From positions 372,001-436,000 of the IMG/VR virus record IMGVR_UViG_3300046660_000488: DNA of 64,000 bases; one strand, given 5' to 3'. Below, piece by piece: positions 1 through 8,857 of this stretch. The translations under genes were made by a program, and so were the position numbers. The notes below the pieces were generated by a model, which did not search any database, was not told where the DNA came from, and was given only the letters and a program-made list of their open reading frames with translations. Each line of letters opens with the position of its first letter. Within the stretch, counting starts at the first letter, position 1.

Positions 1-654
1 ATGGAAACCGTTGGCCTCTACGTCGGCTCGTTCGATCCGGTGACCCTTGGACACCTCGACATCGTCAGCAAAGCGATGAAGACCTTCGACAAGGTCATCG
101 TCGGCAAGGGCTTCAACCCGAAGAAAAAACAATCCCTCCTGCATCCGGGCGTCGCAGCGGCTATGATCGCCCACGCCGCCAGAGAAGCGCTTGGCGTCGA
201 ATTCGACACGCGAATCGCCAAGGGTGGTGAGATCGGCGAGGGCAAGGTCATCATCCGACATGACCGCAAGGACAAGCGATATCCCTCCACCGAGCAATAC
301 CCTCGCGAAAACCTGCATCCGGCCTACACGTCGCTGGACGGCCGCCTGCACATCGGTGTCTACGAGGACGACATTTCGGCCTACGCAAAGCGCATGGGCG
401 CCACCCATCTGGTGCGGGGCCTTCGGCAGGTCAGCGATTTCAACGACGAATTCACCCTGCACGGGGTGATGCGCGAGATTTCGCCTGAACTGATCCCGAT
501 CCACATCATCTGCGACGCCAAATTCCTGCACGTCTCGTCGAGCACGGTGCGTGAACTGGCCAAGCTCGGCTACAACGACAACCTCGACTGGCTGGTTACA
601 CCCACGGTCAAGGACATGGTGATCGACTGCACGGCGTCGGTGCTGCGCTGGTGA
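1..654 (+). CDS. coaD: phosphopantetheine adenylyltransferase with an internal insertion
   Basis: Motifs GSFDPVTLGH, LVRGLR..DF..E and VSSSTVRE; 217 aa against about 160 aa for a typical CoaD. Confidence 0.88.
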   Translation: METVGLYVGSFDPVTLGHLDIVSKAMKTFDKVIVGKGFNPKKKQSLLHPGVAAAMIAHAAREALGVEFDTRIAKGGEIGEGKVIIRHDRKDKRYPSTEQYPRENLHPAYTSLDGRLHIGVYEDDISAYAKRMGATHLVRGLRQVSDFNDEFTLHGVMREISPELIPIHIICDAKFLHVSSSTVRELAKLGYNDNLDWLVTPTVKDMVIDCTASVLRW

Positions 655-917
655 TCCATCGCGGCTTGCATACGCGAGAGCGGCAGGAGTCCAAGGGCTG
701 GAAGAGCATCGCGTGGTGCTCCACGCCGGTCTATGCCGGGACAACCATGGTTGGCCGGGACGTGGAAGGCGGTGGCTGGTTCCGCACTTTCCAGAAGGGT
801 GGCATGCTGTTCTACTACCACGGGGTCGATGACCACGGTGGCCCGTTCGACGGCGGACCCTGCAAAACCAGAGCCGCCGCCGCGCGGCTGGCGTCTCGCC
901 TGTTTATGAAAACTTGA
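651..917 (+). CDS. hypothetical protein
   Basis: Start overlaps the coaD stop (GTGA). Confidence 0.5.
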   Translation: MIHRGLHTRERQESKGWKSIAWCSTPVYAGTTMVGRDVEGGGWFRTFQKGGMLFYYHGVDDHGGPFDGGPCKTRAAAARLASRLFMKT

Positions 918-1134
918 CCACAAGCCTGATGCCATACTGATCGTCGGTCGGAGGATCGCGCATCAAGCTGATCCGCGCGTTGGTCGGCTTTTGGGGCGGC
1001 GGCAGGTTCGCCACGTGGCGCTGTATGGCTTTCGTGACGAATGCGACGACGTTGATGCCATAGTGACGCTCAGCGTCCTCAACGGCTTCGGATGTGATCT
1101 GGAACGTGACGCCGTCTACGGTGTGTGTTTGCAT
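904..1134 (-). CDS. small protein with a segment resembling the gp23 capsid P-domain
   Basis: AGGAG RBS; ITSEAVEDAERHYGINV resembles gp23 WTFEAAQDA..HGIDV. Confidence 0.55.
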   Translation of the reverse strand: MQTHTVDGVTFQITSEAVEDAERHYGINVVAFVTKAIQRHVANLPPPQKPTNARISLMRDPPTDDQYGIRLVVKFS

Positions 1135-1148
1135 GGTGCTCTCCTACG

Positions 1149-1173
1149 AAAAAGGGAGGGCCGAAGCCCTCCC
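1149..1173 (-). terminator. intrinsic terminator after thyX
   Basis: GGGAGGGC-TTCG-GCCCTCCC-TTTTT on the minus strand. Confidence 0.8.
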
Positions 1174-1178
1174 GATCC

Positions 1179-2276
1179 TTATTTCTTCTTCTTGGTCTTG
1201 CCGATTTGAACAGGCGGTGTCTGGGGCGCGGTGTTGACCAGCAACTCAACCGCCTTGGGAAGGATTTCTTCCTCAAGCCTCTTGCTGGCGGCGGCCATCG
1301 ACTTGGTCAGTTCGCCGTAGGCGGGAAGGCCCCATTGCGTCGCGAATTCGCGAAGCTCACGGGGCGACATTTCGTACTTGTCGGCGAAGGCCTTATCCGA
1401 GCCCGCTTCAAGAAGCGCGTCGGTCCACCAGACCTTCGGCGCGCTCGGGCACGCCAGCAGGGCCTTCAGCAGCGAAGTCTCCATCCGCGAGTTGTGGGTC
1501 GCTTGGCGGATGTAATCCTCGAAAGCCTGAACCGACTCGGGGAACAGCGGCTGGATCAGGTCATAGATCGCGTTGGCGACGTCGCGGATTTCCCGCTGAG
1601 CATGCGGGTCCATACGCAGACGCAGAAGGTGGAACAGGTTGTGGAGGTCTTGCTTCCAGTACAGTTCCGTGTAGTTGCCGGTCGGTAGGATCGTGCGGGC
1701 CAGTTCGCGAGCGATGCCGCCGAAATCGTCGCTCAGCAGCGGGTCGGCTGGATCATACGGATCGCACCAGACATCGCGCTTGTTTTCTCCGCGATCACCA
1801 AGCAGGGCCTTGTAGATGTCGTAGGACGTGCGATTGGCTTGCTCGATCATCCAACGAACGCCGGTCTTATCCTCGTCCGAGAGGTCACCGGAGCGGCCCT
1901 GTTTGTTGTCCTTGGACTGGGGCGCGATGTAATCGGGCTCGGGCATGTAGAATTCGTCGGTCATGACCGAGTAACGACCCGAGTACTCGTTCAGGCTGGC
2001 CGTGCGGTGACGGATCAGTTGGCGAGCAATGAAGATCGGGAGCTTGATGTGCAGCTTGACTTCGCACATTTCGAACGGCGAGGTGTGGTGGGCGCGCATC
2101 AGATAGCGGAGCAGGCCGCGATCTTCGCTGACCGACTTCGTGCCGTCGCCGTAGGAGGTCCGGGCCGCCTGCACGACGGCATAATCCGAGCCCATGTGGT
2201 CGATCAGCCCCACGAAGCCATGGTCGAGCACGGGGACGTACTTGGGGTCGTTGATAACGTCAGCTTGCTTCGTCAT
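1179..2276 (-). CDS. thyX: flavin-dependent thymidylate synthase
   Basis: ThyX motif RHRTASLNEYSGRY, plus HTSPFE and HAQREIR. Confidence 0.96.
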   Translation of the reverse strand: MTKQADVINDPKYVPVLDHGFVGLIDHMGSDYAVVQAARTSYGDGTKSVSEDRGLLRYLMRAHHTSPFEMCEVKLHIKLPIFIARQLIRHRTASLNEYSGRYSVMTDEFYMPEPDYIAPQSKDNKQGRSGDLSDEDKTGVRWMIEQANRTSYDIYKALLGDRGENKRDVWCDPYDPADPLLSDDFGGIARELARTILPTGNYTELYWKQDLHNLFHLLRLRMDPHAQREIRDVANAIYDLIQPLFPESVQAFEDYIRQATHNSRMETSLLKALLACPSAPKVWWTDALLEAGSDKAFADKYEMSPRELREFATQWGLPAYGELTKSMAAASKRLEEEILPKAVELLVNTAPQTPPVQIGKTKKKK

Positions 2277-2425
2277 GTGTTTTTGCTATGCTCTAAGTAT
2301 TGGATAAACAAATCGGGATACTCTTCGCCGGTGACACGGATGCCATTGCGGAAGAGATAAAATGCTTCCCTTGATACCAATCCCCGAAATTCGTCGCCAT
2401 TAATTTCGAGGACCGGGGTCAGCAC
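2273..2425 (-). CDS. hypothetical protein (start uncertain)
   Basis: Fills the gap in a minus-strand operon and overlaps the thyX start. Confidence 0.4.
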   Translation of the reverse strand: MLTPVLEINGDEFRGLVSREAFYLFRNGIRVTGEEYPDLFIQYLEHSKNT

Positions 2426-2441
2426 GATGTCGGCGACTCCG

Positions 2442-2741
2442 TCAGGTTTCCTCGCCACCGCAGTCCTCGCTGGAGTCGCATTCTGGCCATGGAACGTCCG
2501 CGCCGTCCTTGAACAGCCAGTTGAACTCGGAATAGCGGGTCTGTTTCTCACCGGCCGCCTTCAACAGGCTTTCACCAAGGGCGCGGGCGGCGTTGGTGGT
2601 CAGGCTGACCTTGGCGGTGACGTCGCCGCTGCGGACCTTCATCCAGACGTAATCGTCGGAAGCTTCGACCACGGCCACGGTTTGCCACGGCGCTGGGCCG
2701 CTGGAATAGAACTCGGCGATCTTGATTGCATCATCACTCAT
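2442..2741 (-). CDS. hypothetical protein
   Basis: Operon packing and codon usage. Confidence 0.65.
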   Translation of the reverse strand: MSDDAIKIAEFYSSGPAPWQTVAVVEASDDYVWMKVRSGDVTAKVSLTTNAARALGESLLKAAGEKQTRYSEFNWLFKDGADVPWPECDSSEDCGGEET

Positions 2742-2745
2742 GGGG

Positions 2746-2946
2746 TCACGCCTTCACGGGGAAGGGTTCGACGCGCCACTGCCACGTGCTGGCCACGGAG
2801 GTCTTGCCGTTGTTGATCATGCTGTTGACGTAGGCTCGGGCCGACGTCTCGTTGTCGTAGACCTCAACGATCTCGTACTTGGCGGCGCCGCCGACCACGT
2901 AGGTTTCGCGGGACACGATCCATGCGATTTGTCCGGCGAAACTCAT
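2746..2946 (-). CDS. hypothetical protein
   Basis: ATGA overlap with the upstream ORF. Confidence 0.6.
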   Translation of the reverse strand: MSFAGQIAWIVSRETYVVGGAAKYEIVEVYDNETSARAYVNSMINNGKTSVASTWQWRVEPFPVKA

Positions 2947-3131
2947 GCGGAGGCTCCCTTGACGCCCCACATCACGGCTTCTTCCAGCTTGGTGATGGCC
3001 AGCGCGTACTCACGGGACTTGGGCAGTCCGGCGAACAGGGCGATGAATTCTTCGCCTTGGTCCTTGATCTTGGCGATCAGGGCAATCTCGTCTTCCGTCA
3101 GTTGACGGTATTCTTTGCGTGTTGCTGTCAT
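2943..3131 (-). CDS. Acb2/Tad1-like cyclic-nucleotide sponge (anti-defence)
   Basis: YRQLTEDEIALIAKIKDQG is Acb2-like and SREYALAITKLEEAVMW is Tad1-like. Confidence 0.65.
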   Translation of the reverse strand: MTATRKEYRQLTEDEIALIAKIKDQGEEFIALFAGLPKSREYALAITKLEEAVMWGVKGASA

Positions 3132-3412
3132 TAGAAAATATCATTTGAGTTGGAAATCGCCGCAAAACGGCGCTCAGCTTCGTCGTCGCTGAGTTTGATG
3201 AACATGCAGAAGCGCTTCCACTCGGAAGCCAAGGTCGGATTGTCCGCGATGAGCTTCTGTAGCTCTTCCCAGTACTTCGCCTTTGTCTCGGCTAATTTGA
3301 TGCGATCCTGAAGACCGTCGATAATTTTCCCAAGTCTACTAACATCATCGTTCAATTTTGTAATGCAAGCAGCTTGTGCTTCGATCATACGCTGATCTGC
3401 GGTCCGATACAT
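3131..3412 (-). CDS. coiled-coil hypothetical protein
   Basis: Coupled to the next ORF; GAGGTG RBS. Confidence 0.65.
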   Translation of the reverse strand: MYRTADQRMIEAQAACITKLNDDVSRLGKIIDGLQDRIKLAETKAKYWEELQKLIADNPTLASEWKRFCMFIKLSDDEAERRFAAISNSNDIF

Positions 3413-3468
3413 AGAAAAACACCTCTGATACTACAAGAGTACCAGAGGTGGAAAGTATAGTCTATTTT

Positions 3469-3741
3469 TTAGCTGAGTTGTTTCTTGTGGTCGATCAGCT
3501 TGAACATTTCGCTGATCTTCACGTACATCGCATGACGGAGGCGGTCGGTATCGAGCTTGAGCCTCGCGGAACGAAGGCGGCGATCAGGCCCGGTCAAGAA
3601 ATCCTGAAGCTCTTGGCCCTTCAGGTAGGTCTTGTTGCCGCGCTCGTCTACGATCTCTGCCTCGATGATGTACTGAGGGTCGATTTCCTCTACATCAAGG
3701 TCTCTGATGATGTCGTTGATAAGCGCCGCTGGATTGATCAT
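3469..3741 (-). CDS. hypothetical protein (late)
   Basis: AAGGAG RBS; TAAATA at 3762-3767. Confidence 0.7.
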   Translation of the reverse strand: MINPAALINDIIRDLDVEEIDPQYIIEAEIVDERGNKTYLKGQELQDFLTGPDRRLRSARLKLDTDRLRHAMYVKISEMFKLIDHKKQLS

Positions 3742-3778
3742 GGGGTAATCTCCTTACTTGGTATTTACCCTATTCGGA

Positions 3779-4045
3779 CTAATTAAGCGATCCGTTTGTC
3801 TTCATGTGAGCAGCATGTTCAAGGGCTGCGAGGATCACCGCCGCAGCCTTGATCAGGTCTTCTTCAAACGCCTCAGCCTGTGGCTTAGTGTGCTTCCTCG
3901 AAGAGCCCCGAAGACAGTAACTTGCCGCAATGGCGAGCCAGTCATTCGGGGTATTCTTCGTGTCCCACTCCGAGCCGGGCAGGTTGAACTGACGCTCGCG
4001 CTCCGCGAGGATTTCAGCGATGATTTCCTCGCGGCGCGCGGTCAT
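3779..4045 (-). CDS. MazG-like all-alpha NTP pyrophosphatase-like protein
   Basis: Pattern EILAERERQ...NDW...EEDLIKAAAV..AALE. Confidence 0.55.
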   Translation of the reverse strand: MTARREEIIAEILAERERQFNLPGSEWDTKNTPNDWLAIAASYCLRGSSRKHTKPQAEAFEEDLIKAAAVILAALEHAAHMKTNGSLN

Positions 4046-4046
4046 C

Positions 4047-4877
4047 TTACTTCGACGCCTTGCGGGGGCGGGTCGCCTTCACCGGCACTTCCACGACAGC
4101 TTCGGCGGCCTTGCGGGTCCGAGTTGCCTTGGCGGGTGCGGATTGAGCCACCGGCGCGGTCTGGGCGACGCGCTTGGTCGGCGCCGCGCGTTCCGGCTGC
4201 GGACGCAGTTGGGGTGCGTACTCGTAGGCCTTCTCGCGCTTCTGCTGGGCGGCGAATTCCAGATCGGACGCTTCCATCAGCAGGTTGTTGGCGATGCCGA
4301 CCGCACGTTCGTTCACGCCAGCGCGTTGGTTCTGGGCGTGCGGGTTGAACTTGTCAGCTTCTTCGTACTGCTGGGCGCGGGCCTTGGGGGCGACTTGCGC
4401 GTACAGGCTACCGACCGGGTCGATCTCGGGTTCCGGCTCAGCGACGGGATAGCCCTCGAAGCCTTCGTAGATCGACATGGCGTCGCCGTTGTAGCTCGGG
4501 GCGACCGGCTCTTCGGGGATGTAACGGCCCATCTTCTCCAGCACTTCGCGGAGCGGGAAGCTGCGCGACGGAAGCGGGAGCATCGACACTTGGTCGATGT
4601 GGATGGGTTGCAGCAGGTTGTTGTGGTGCAGGAACTTCAGCACGCTCAGCGTGCCGTCCGGCATCATCCGGGCGTCCAGAACCGTACCGAGGTCGGTGGC
4701 GGCTTGGCCTTCGCGGCTTTGCAGGATTTGCATCATGTACTGCTGGAAGCGATCCGGCAGGCTGTCAGTGGAAACCACCAGAGCGTGGTCTTCGCGCTGG
4801 GGGATTTGCATGAAGATGACCGCGTAGCGCTGGTCAGTCCGGGCGTGGCGTGCGACGTGTCGCAGAGGTGTAGACAT
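4047..4877 (-). CDS. conserved jumbo-phage hypothetical protein with a basic tail
   Basis: Long ORF, GGAG RBS, typical codon usage. Confidence 0.75.
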   Translation of the reverse strand: MSTPLRHVARHARTDQRYAVIFMQIPQREDHALVVSTDSLPDRFQQYMMQILQSREGQAATDLGTVLDARMMPDGTLSVLKFLHHNNLLQPIHIDQVSMLPLPSRSFPLREVLEKMGRYIPEEPVAPSYNGDAMSIYEGFEGYPVAEPEPEIDPVGSLYAQVAPKARAQQYEEADKFNPHAQNQRAGVNERAVGIANNLLMEASDLEFAAQQKREKAYEYAPQLRPQPERAAPTKRVAQTAPVAQSAPAKATRTRKAAEAVVEVPVKATRPRKASK

Positions 4878-4901
4878 TGTTACTCCGTAATTGGGTAAAG
4901 T

Positions 4902-5156
4902 TTAGGCTTCCGGCGTTTCGTCGCCCGCAACCGTAGTTGCGGCTTCAGCGGCTTGCTGCGCTTCAACGTATTCGATGAAGTCGAGAAGACGGCGACGGTG
5001 ACGCTGGACTTGCTCGATGTTCGACCAACCCTTCAGTGCACCTTCCCCCACAAGATGATCAATGATCTGTAGGGAGTGCTTCATGTCCTGAAGCTCCAGC
5101 GAGGGAGCGACTTCTTCAGAATCGTCGAGGTGGTCGGTTTGAGCAATATCGGTCAT
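4902..5156 (-). CDS. hypothetical protein
   Basis: ORF downstream of the late motif at 5253-5258. Confidence 0.7.
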   Translation of the reverse strand: MTDIAQTDHLDDSEEVAPSLELQDMKHSLQIIDHLVGEGALKGWSNIEQVQRHRRRLLDFIEYVEAQQAAEAATTVAGDETPEA

Positions 5157-5321
5157 AGTATGAGGACTCCAAATGGGATTACCACACAGTACACTTATGG
5201 TTAAATCTGGGTCAATATTTCTGAATGACTCCGCACTTAACTGGTGACGAAGTATTTATCAGCGGCCTTTTCTTCCGGCCAAATAAGGCTCGAAAAGGCG
5301 CTCAGCTTGAAAATGGGCAAT

Positions 5322-5352
5322 AAAAAAGCCCCGATCCATCGGGACCGGGGCT
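5322..5352 (-). terminator. intrinsic terminator after the HNH gene
   Basis: AGCCCCG...CGGGGCT stem followed by a T run on the minus strand. Confidence 0.75.
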
Positions 5353-5355
5353 GGA

Positions 5356-5940
5356 TCACGCCGCGAGGCGGATCACATTGTTCTTATTCTTCCGAGGCTT
5401 AACGATCACGTTGTCCTCCGGCCATGACAGGTACGGAACCCATGCGGCCTCGGGGATCGTGATCGGGAACTCCCGCCGCTTGGCCACAAGGTCGTAGTAC
5501 GACGGCTTGTAGGCGGGGAAATTCGGCCTGATCCTGACGTTGTTGCCCTTCTTGTTGTTGCAGGGCTTGCACGACGTGATCGCGTTCGTCCACGTGATCT
5601 GGCCGCCCAACGACTTGGGGAAGATGTGGTCGAGCGACAGCCGGTCCTCGTTCGTGAACTGCTCGTTGCAGTACGCGCACGTGTAGCGGTCACGCAGGAA
5701 GATGTTGTCCTTGTTGCAGACGACCTCACGCTCGAAGGGCTCGTAGCGCTTCTGCATGATGATCGACGGAACCATGAACTCCTGTGACGGAGTATGGACC
5801 ACCCAGTCCTCGTAGTACTCGACTACGTTGACCGATCCGACGTGGATGCAGCGCATCGCGTCTTGCCAGATCATAGTGGACAAAGGAAGGACGGTCGGCA
5901 GACCATCCGCTTGCAAGACTAGAACGTCCCCCGTTCTCAT
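5356..5940 (-). CDS. HNH endonuclease (McrA-like)
   Basis: RDRYTCAYC...SLDHIFPKSLGG..W.N...CKPCNNKKGN. Confidence 0.92.
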   Translation of the reverse strand: MRTGDVLVLQADGLPTVLPLSTMIWQDAMRCIHVGSVNVVEYYEDWVVHTPSQEFMVPSIIMQKRYEPFEREVVCNKDNIFLRDRYTCAYCNEQFTNEDRLSLDHIFPKSLGGQITWTNAITSCKPCNNKKGNNVRIRPNFPAYKPSYYDLVAKRREFPITIPEAAWVPYLSWPEDNVIVKPRKNKNNVIRLAA

Positions 5941-5995
5941 ATTAGCCTCCTGTGCTTCCGGGGTTATTTAGGACCCCGGAAATTGCTCTCGGAGT

Positions 5996-7219
5996 CTAAT
6001 GGCGGGTGAAATTCTCCAACTTGAGACCTTCTGGCGACCAGCGCAGATCAACGGACGACAGATAGCCGCCCTTACCGGCGCCCGTGTCCATAAACACGGC
6101 TTGCCCACCGGCTGCGTTGGTTTCAACGACCGGCTTAATCATCGAGCGTGCGTCATGGCCAACGAACACGGACATGTTCGAGGGAATGGCGTCGATCCAG
6201 CTATAGGTTCGGGGAGGACGATCAGGCCCTCCCAAACGTTGAGTGGGAGCGGCCGTCATATCGAACTCACCGAACAGGGAATACGTTTCCATGTTCTTGT
6301 GGTCCTGATCTGAGCCCCATGCGGACGGGTGAACCGCCGCGTGGGTAAAGTAGGTGTTATTTAGTCCCAAGCGATAAGGAGAACGAGCAACCAGCCCCCG
6401 GAACCTTGCCATCCATCGTTCCCGGCTGGCGGGACTGAGGTGAGAAAGCGCGGTTGTGGTAACCTTGTTACCTTCGCTTAATTTCATTATATGCCTCGAA
6501 CGCTCGGGTTGGTCAATCCATCGGGCGATCTTTCGCTCATGGTTTCCCAAAATTAGTTCCCCGTTTCCCCGCATCACGACCCGGTAAACCTCTTCCGCGC
6601 ATTCAATCGGCTGAGGCCCGTAGTCGATCACATCACCCAGAAAAATGATGAAGTGGCGGCGGTCACGCGCCCAGTCGATTGCCGAAAGCAAGGACTGGTA
6701 CATGCCGTGGATGTCGCCTATCACGGTGATTCCATTGAACCTTTCCTTGATAGACGCGATGTCGTTCGTCTTGAGTCGGTAAACCGGATCAACCACCGCC
6801 GCGCTCATATCGACCACGTTGGCAACTCCGTCACCCTTCATGAAATCCTTCGACGCTGACGTGAACCGTTGGCGAGCCACCGGATCGGCGTCAATGTCGT
6901 CGTACACCAGATAGAATACCGGAACACCGGAATTCACGCCGATATTGGTCAGCCCCATCCGGCCGTCCCTGCGGACGTTGGCGGCGCTGACCACCACGCG
7001 CTCACCCAGCCGAAGCTTGGTCTCCACCCGGCGGTGCAACTCGGAGAAGACGATGCCGTCGAGGTCTCGACGGTTCTCATCCCCCACCAGTTCATGCCGG
7101 ATAGCGTTGGCGCTGACGATCTCATAGTCGGGGAAAGCCTCCCGCACACGCGCGTCATTGTAGTGGGCGTTCGGACCCACGGTAATGACCAGCGAATGGA
7201 GTGGAATCAGTTTCCTCAT
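5996..7219 (-). CDS. Pnkp-like protein: degenerate kinase domain plus metallophosphoesterase
   Basis: Phosphoesterase motifs GDIHG, GDVIDYG, GNHE and GH; the N-terminal kinase-like domain lacks the P-loop GKS. Confidence 0.8.
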   Translation of the reverse strand: MRKLIPLHSLVITVGPNAHYNDARVREAFPDYEIVSANAIRHELVGDENRRDLDGIVFSELHRRVETKLRLGERVVVSAANVRRDGRMGLTNIGVNSGVPVFYLVYDDIDADPVARQRFTSASKDFMKGDGVANVVDMSAAVVDPVYRLKTNDIASIKERFNGITVIGDIHGMYQSLLSAIDWARDRRHFIIFLGDVIDYGPQPIECAEEVYRVVMRGNGELILGNHERKIARWIDQPERSRHIMKLSEGNKVTTTALSHLSPASRERWMARFRGLVARSPYRLGLNNTYFTHAAVHPSAWGSDQDHKNMETYSLFGEFDMTAAPTQRLGGPDRPPRTYSWIDAIPSNMSVFVGHDARSMIKPVVETNAAGGQAVFMDTGAGKGGYLSSVDLRWSPEGLKLENFTRH

Positions 7220-7273
7220 CTTCGCAGTGTAGTTTAGATCAGCATTTTAAGTCAAAATCCTCGTATAGGTGGG

Positions 7274-7301
7274 TTGACATGAAGCAGAGTTCGTATAGAA
7301 T
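7274..7301 (+). promoter_or_regulatory. sigma70-type early promoter
   Basis: TTGACA-16-TAGAAT. Confidence 0.7.
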
Positions 7302-7332
7302 GCTCCTACGTTCAACAACACGAGGGCCACAC

Positions 7333-7749
7333 ATGACCGACCTGATCATTCAAGACGAGCGCGTGGCCCAACTGGAAAAGCAACTGCGCGGCGCGCAAGA
7401 GACCTACGAAGGCGCCAAGGCGACCTTCATGGAGCGTTTCGAAAAGACCCCGGTCTACGCCTTCGAGTGGGCTGACACCGTCATGTCGGCCGCCGTCACC
7501 GCCAAGCTGCACAACGAATTCGCCGACAGCATCATCGCCAACCAAGAAGGCGACAAGCCGCTGTCCTACGAAGAAATCATCGCCTTCATCACCCGCGACC
7601 TGACGGACCGGGTCCTGCGCGGCGCCGAGAGCCCCAAGCAATCGACAAGCTCGACGCAGAACCTGCTGGCCCAATTCGAATTGTCCGCCGCCGCCAAGCT
7701 GCTGAAGCGCATCACCACCTTCTGGTCGCAGTCGGCGACCTACGGCTAA
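7333..7749 (+). CDS. hypothetical early protein
   Basis: GAGGG RBS downstream of the promoter. Confidence 0.75.
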   Translation: MTDLIIQDERVAQLEKQLRGAQETYEGAKATFMERFEKTPVYAFEWADTVMSAAVTAKLHNEFADSIIANQEGDKPLSYEEIIAFITRDLTDRVLRGAESPKQSTSSTQNLLAQFELSAAAKLLKRITTFWSQSATYG

Positions 7750-7792
7750 TCCGCTCCCTGAACCGATCAACCGCAGCTTCACGGAGGACCAC

Positions 7793-8092
7793 ATGGCCGA
7801 CTATCGTAAGACGAAGATGATCCACCCGGATGCCGACGTGCACAGCGCCAAGAACCCGTGCTCGTGCTGCGGCCGGAAAATGGCGGAAGCCAATCGCCGC
7901 TACTTCGTCCACATGATCGACGGCGGCTCCAACGTCCTGCATCCGGACGACTACGAGGCCTACATGGCTGATGAAGCCGTGAACAAGAGTGGTGAAATGG
8001 GCCTGCACCCGGTCGGCAACACCTGCGCGAAGAAGAAATTCGGTGCGTTCGCCGCCCTGATCGACACCGACACGTGGACGCGGGTGAAGTGA
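7793..8092 (+). CDS. hypothetical protein, possibly Zn-binding
   Basis: GGAGG RBS; CSCCGRK and HPVGNTCAKK. Confidence 0.75.
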   Translation: MADYRKTKMIHPDADVHSAKNPCSCCGRKMAEANRRYFVHMIDGGSNVLHPDDYEAYMADEAVNKSGEMGLHPVGNTCAKKKFGAFAALIDTDTWTRVK

Positions 8093-8277
8093 CCCGCCGC
8101 GTCGCATCCTACCGTGCGGCGATCTTTTGGATCGCCCGCAACGACGACACGACCTTTCTGGACGTGACGCCCCTGATCGGATCGGTCAGTGTGGCTCTGG
8201 TCGCCGACCTGTTCGGCCGGACTGACGAAGAGGTCATCGCCGACCTCCGTAAAGAGGTTTCCAAACTTGACCGATAA
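8089..8277 (+). CDS. hypothetical phage protein
   Basis: GTGA overlap; SYRAAIFWIARNDD...VALVADLFG. Confidence 0.65.
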   Translation: MTRRVASYRAAIFWIARNDDTTFLDVTPLIGSVSVALVADLFGRTDEEVIADLRKEVSKLDR

Positions 8278-8830
8278 ACCTGTGTTCACCCCGACCCTGC
8301 CCAGCAAGGTCAAGAACCGCAACATCAAGCTTGAGGTCGCTCCGGATCGCTATGCGAGGCTGGAGACCATGGCGGCCGAATGCGGAATTTCCCTGAAGGA
8401 ATTGCTTCGGCAGTTCGTCGATTTCGGCGTCGCGCACTATCAGCCGCCGACCAAGCCCATCGAGCGCCGCAGTGTCGGGCGCCCCGTGGAGCCAAAGACC
8501 TACGTGCCAGCGCCTTACATGGCCGACCTGCTGGCCGACGTGTACTCGGGGAAAATCCTGCACGTCTCGCAATTGGAGAATGCCCAGATCGACCGATTCA
8601 TCGATCTCGCGGTCCATGACCTCGCCAAGCGGTGGTCCAATTCCGACACGCCAGAAGGTGGGATCGACGCTCTGGAGCAAACCGACCACATCATCAGCTT
8701 CGTCCAACGCAATTTCCAGCAGGACGTTCTGCGAAGGTTCATCACAAGGCTGAAGGAACGGATGGTTCTGGACGCTGACTTGATGCCGACCTACAAGGGG
8801 CTCATCCGCGAGCTTGGGCTAATCGACTAA
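8267..8830 (+). CDS. ribbon-helix-helix (CopG-like) DNA-binding protein
   Basis: NIKLEVAPDRYARLETMAAECGISLKELLRQFVD; TTG start after AGAGG. Confidence 0.6.
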   Translation: MTDKPVFTPTLPSKVKNRNIKLEVAPDRYARLETMAAECGISLKELLRQFVDFGVAHYQPPTKPIERRSVGRPVEPKTYVPAPYMADLLADVYSGKILHVSQLENAQIDRFIDLAVHDLAKRWSNSDTPEGGIDALEQTDHIISFVQRNFQQDVLRRFITRLKERMVLDADLMPTYKGLIRELGLID

Positions 8831-8857
8831 CACAGCCCGAAAATATGGTAAACAAAA

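Noticed and set aside
5356-5940. HNH gene as an intron-encoded homing endonuclease
   Set aside because: It is free-standing with its own late motif and terminator, and the flanking genes are uninterrupted.
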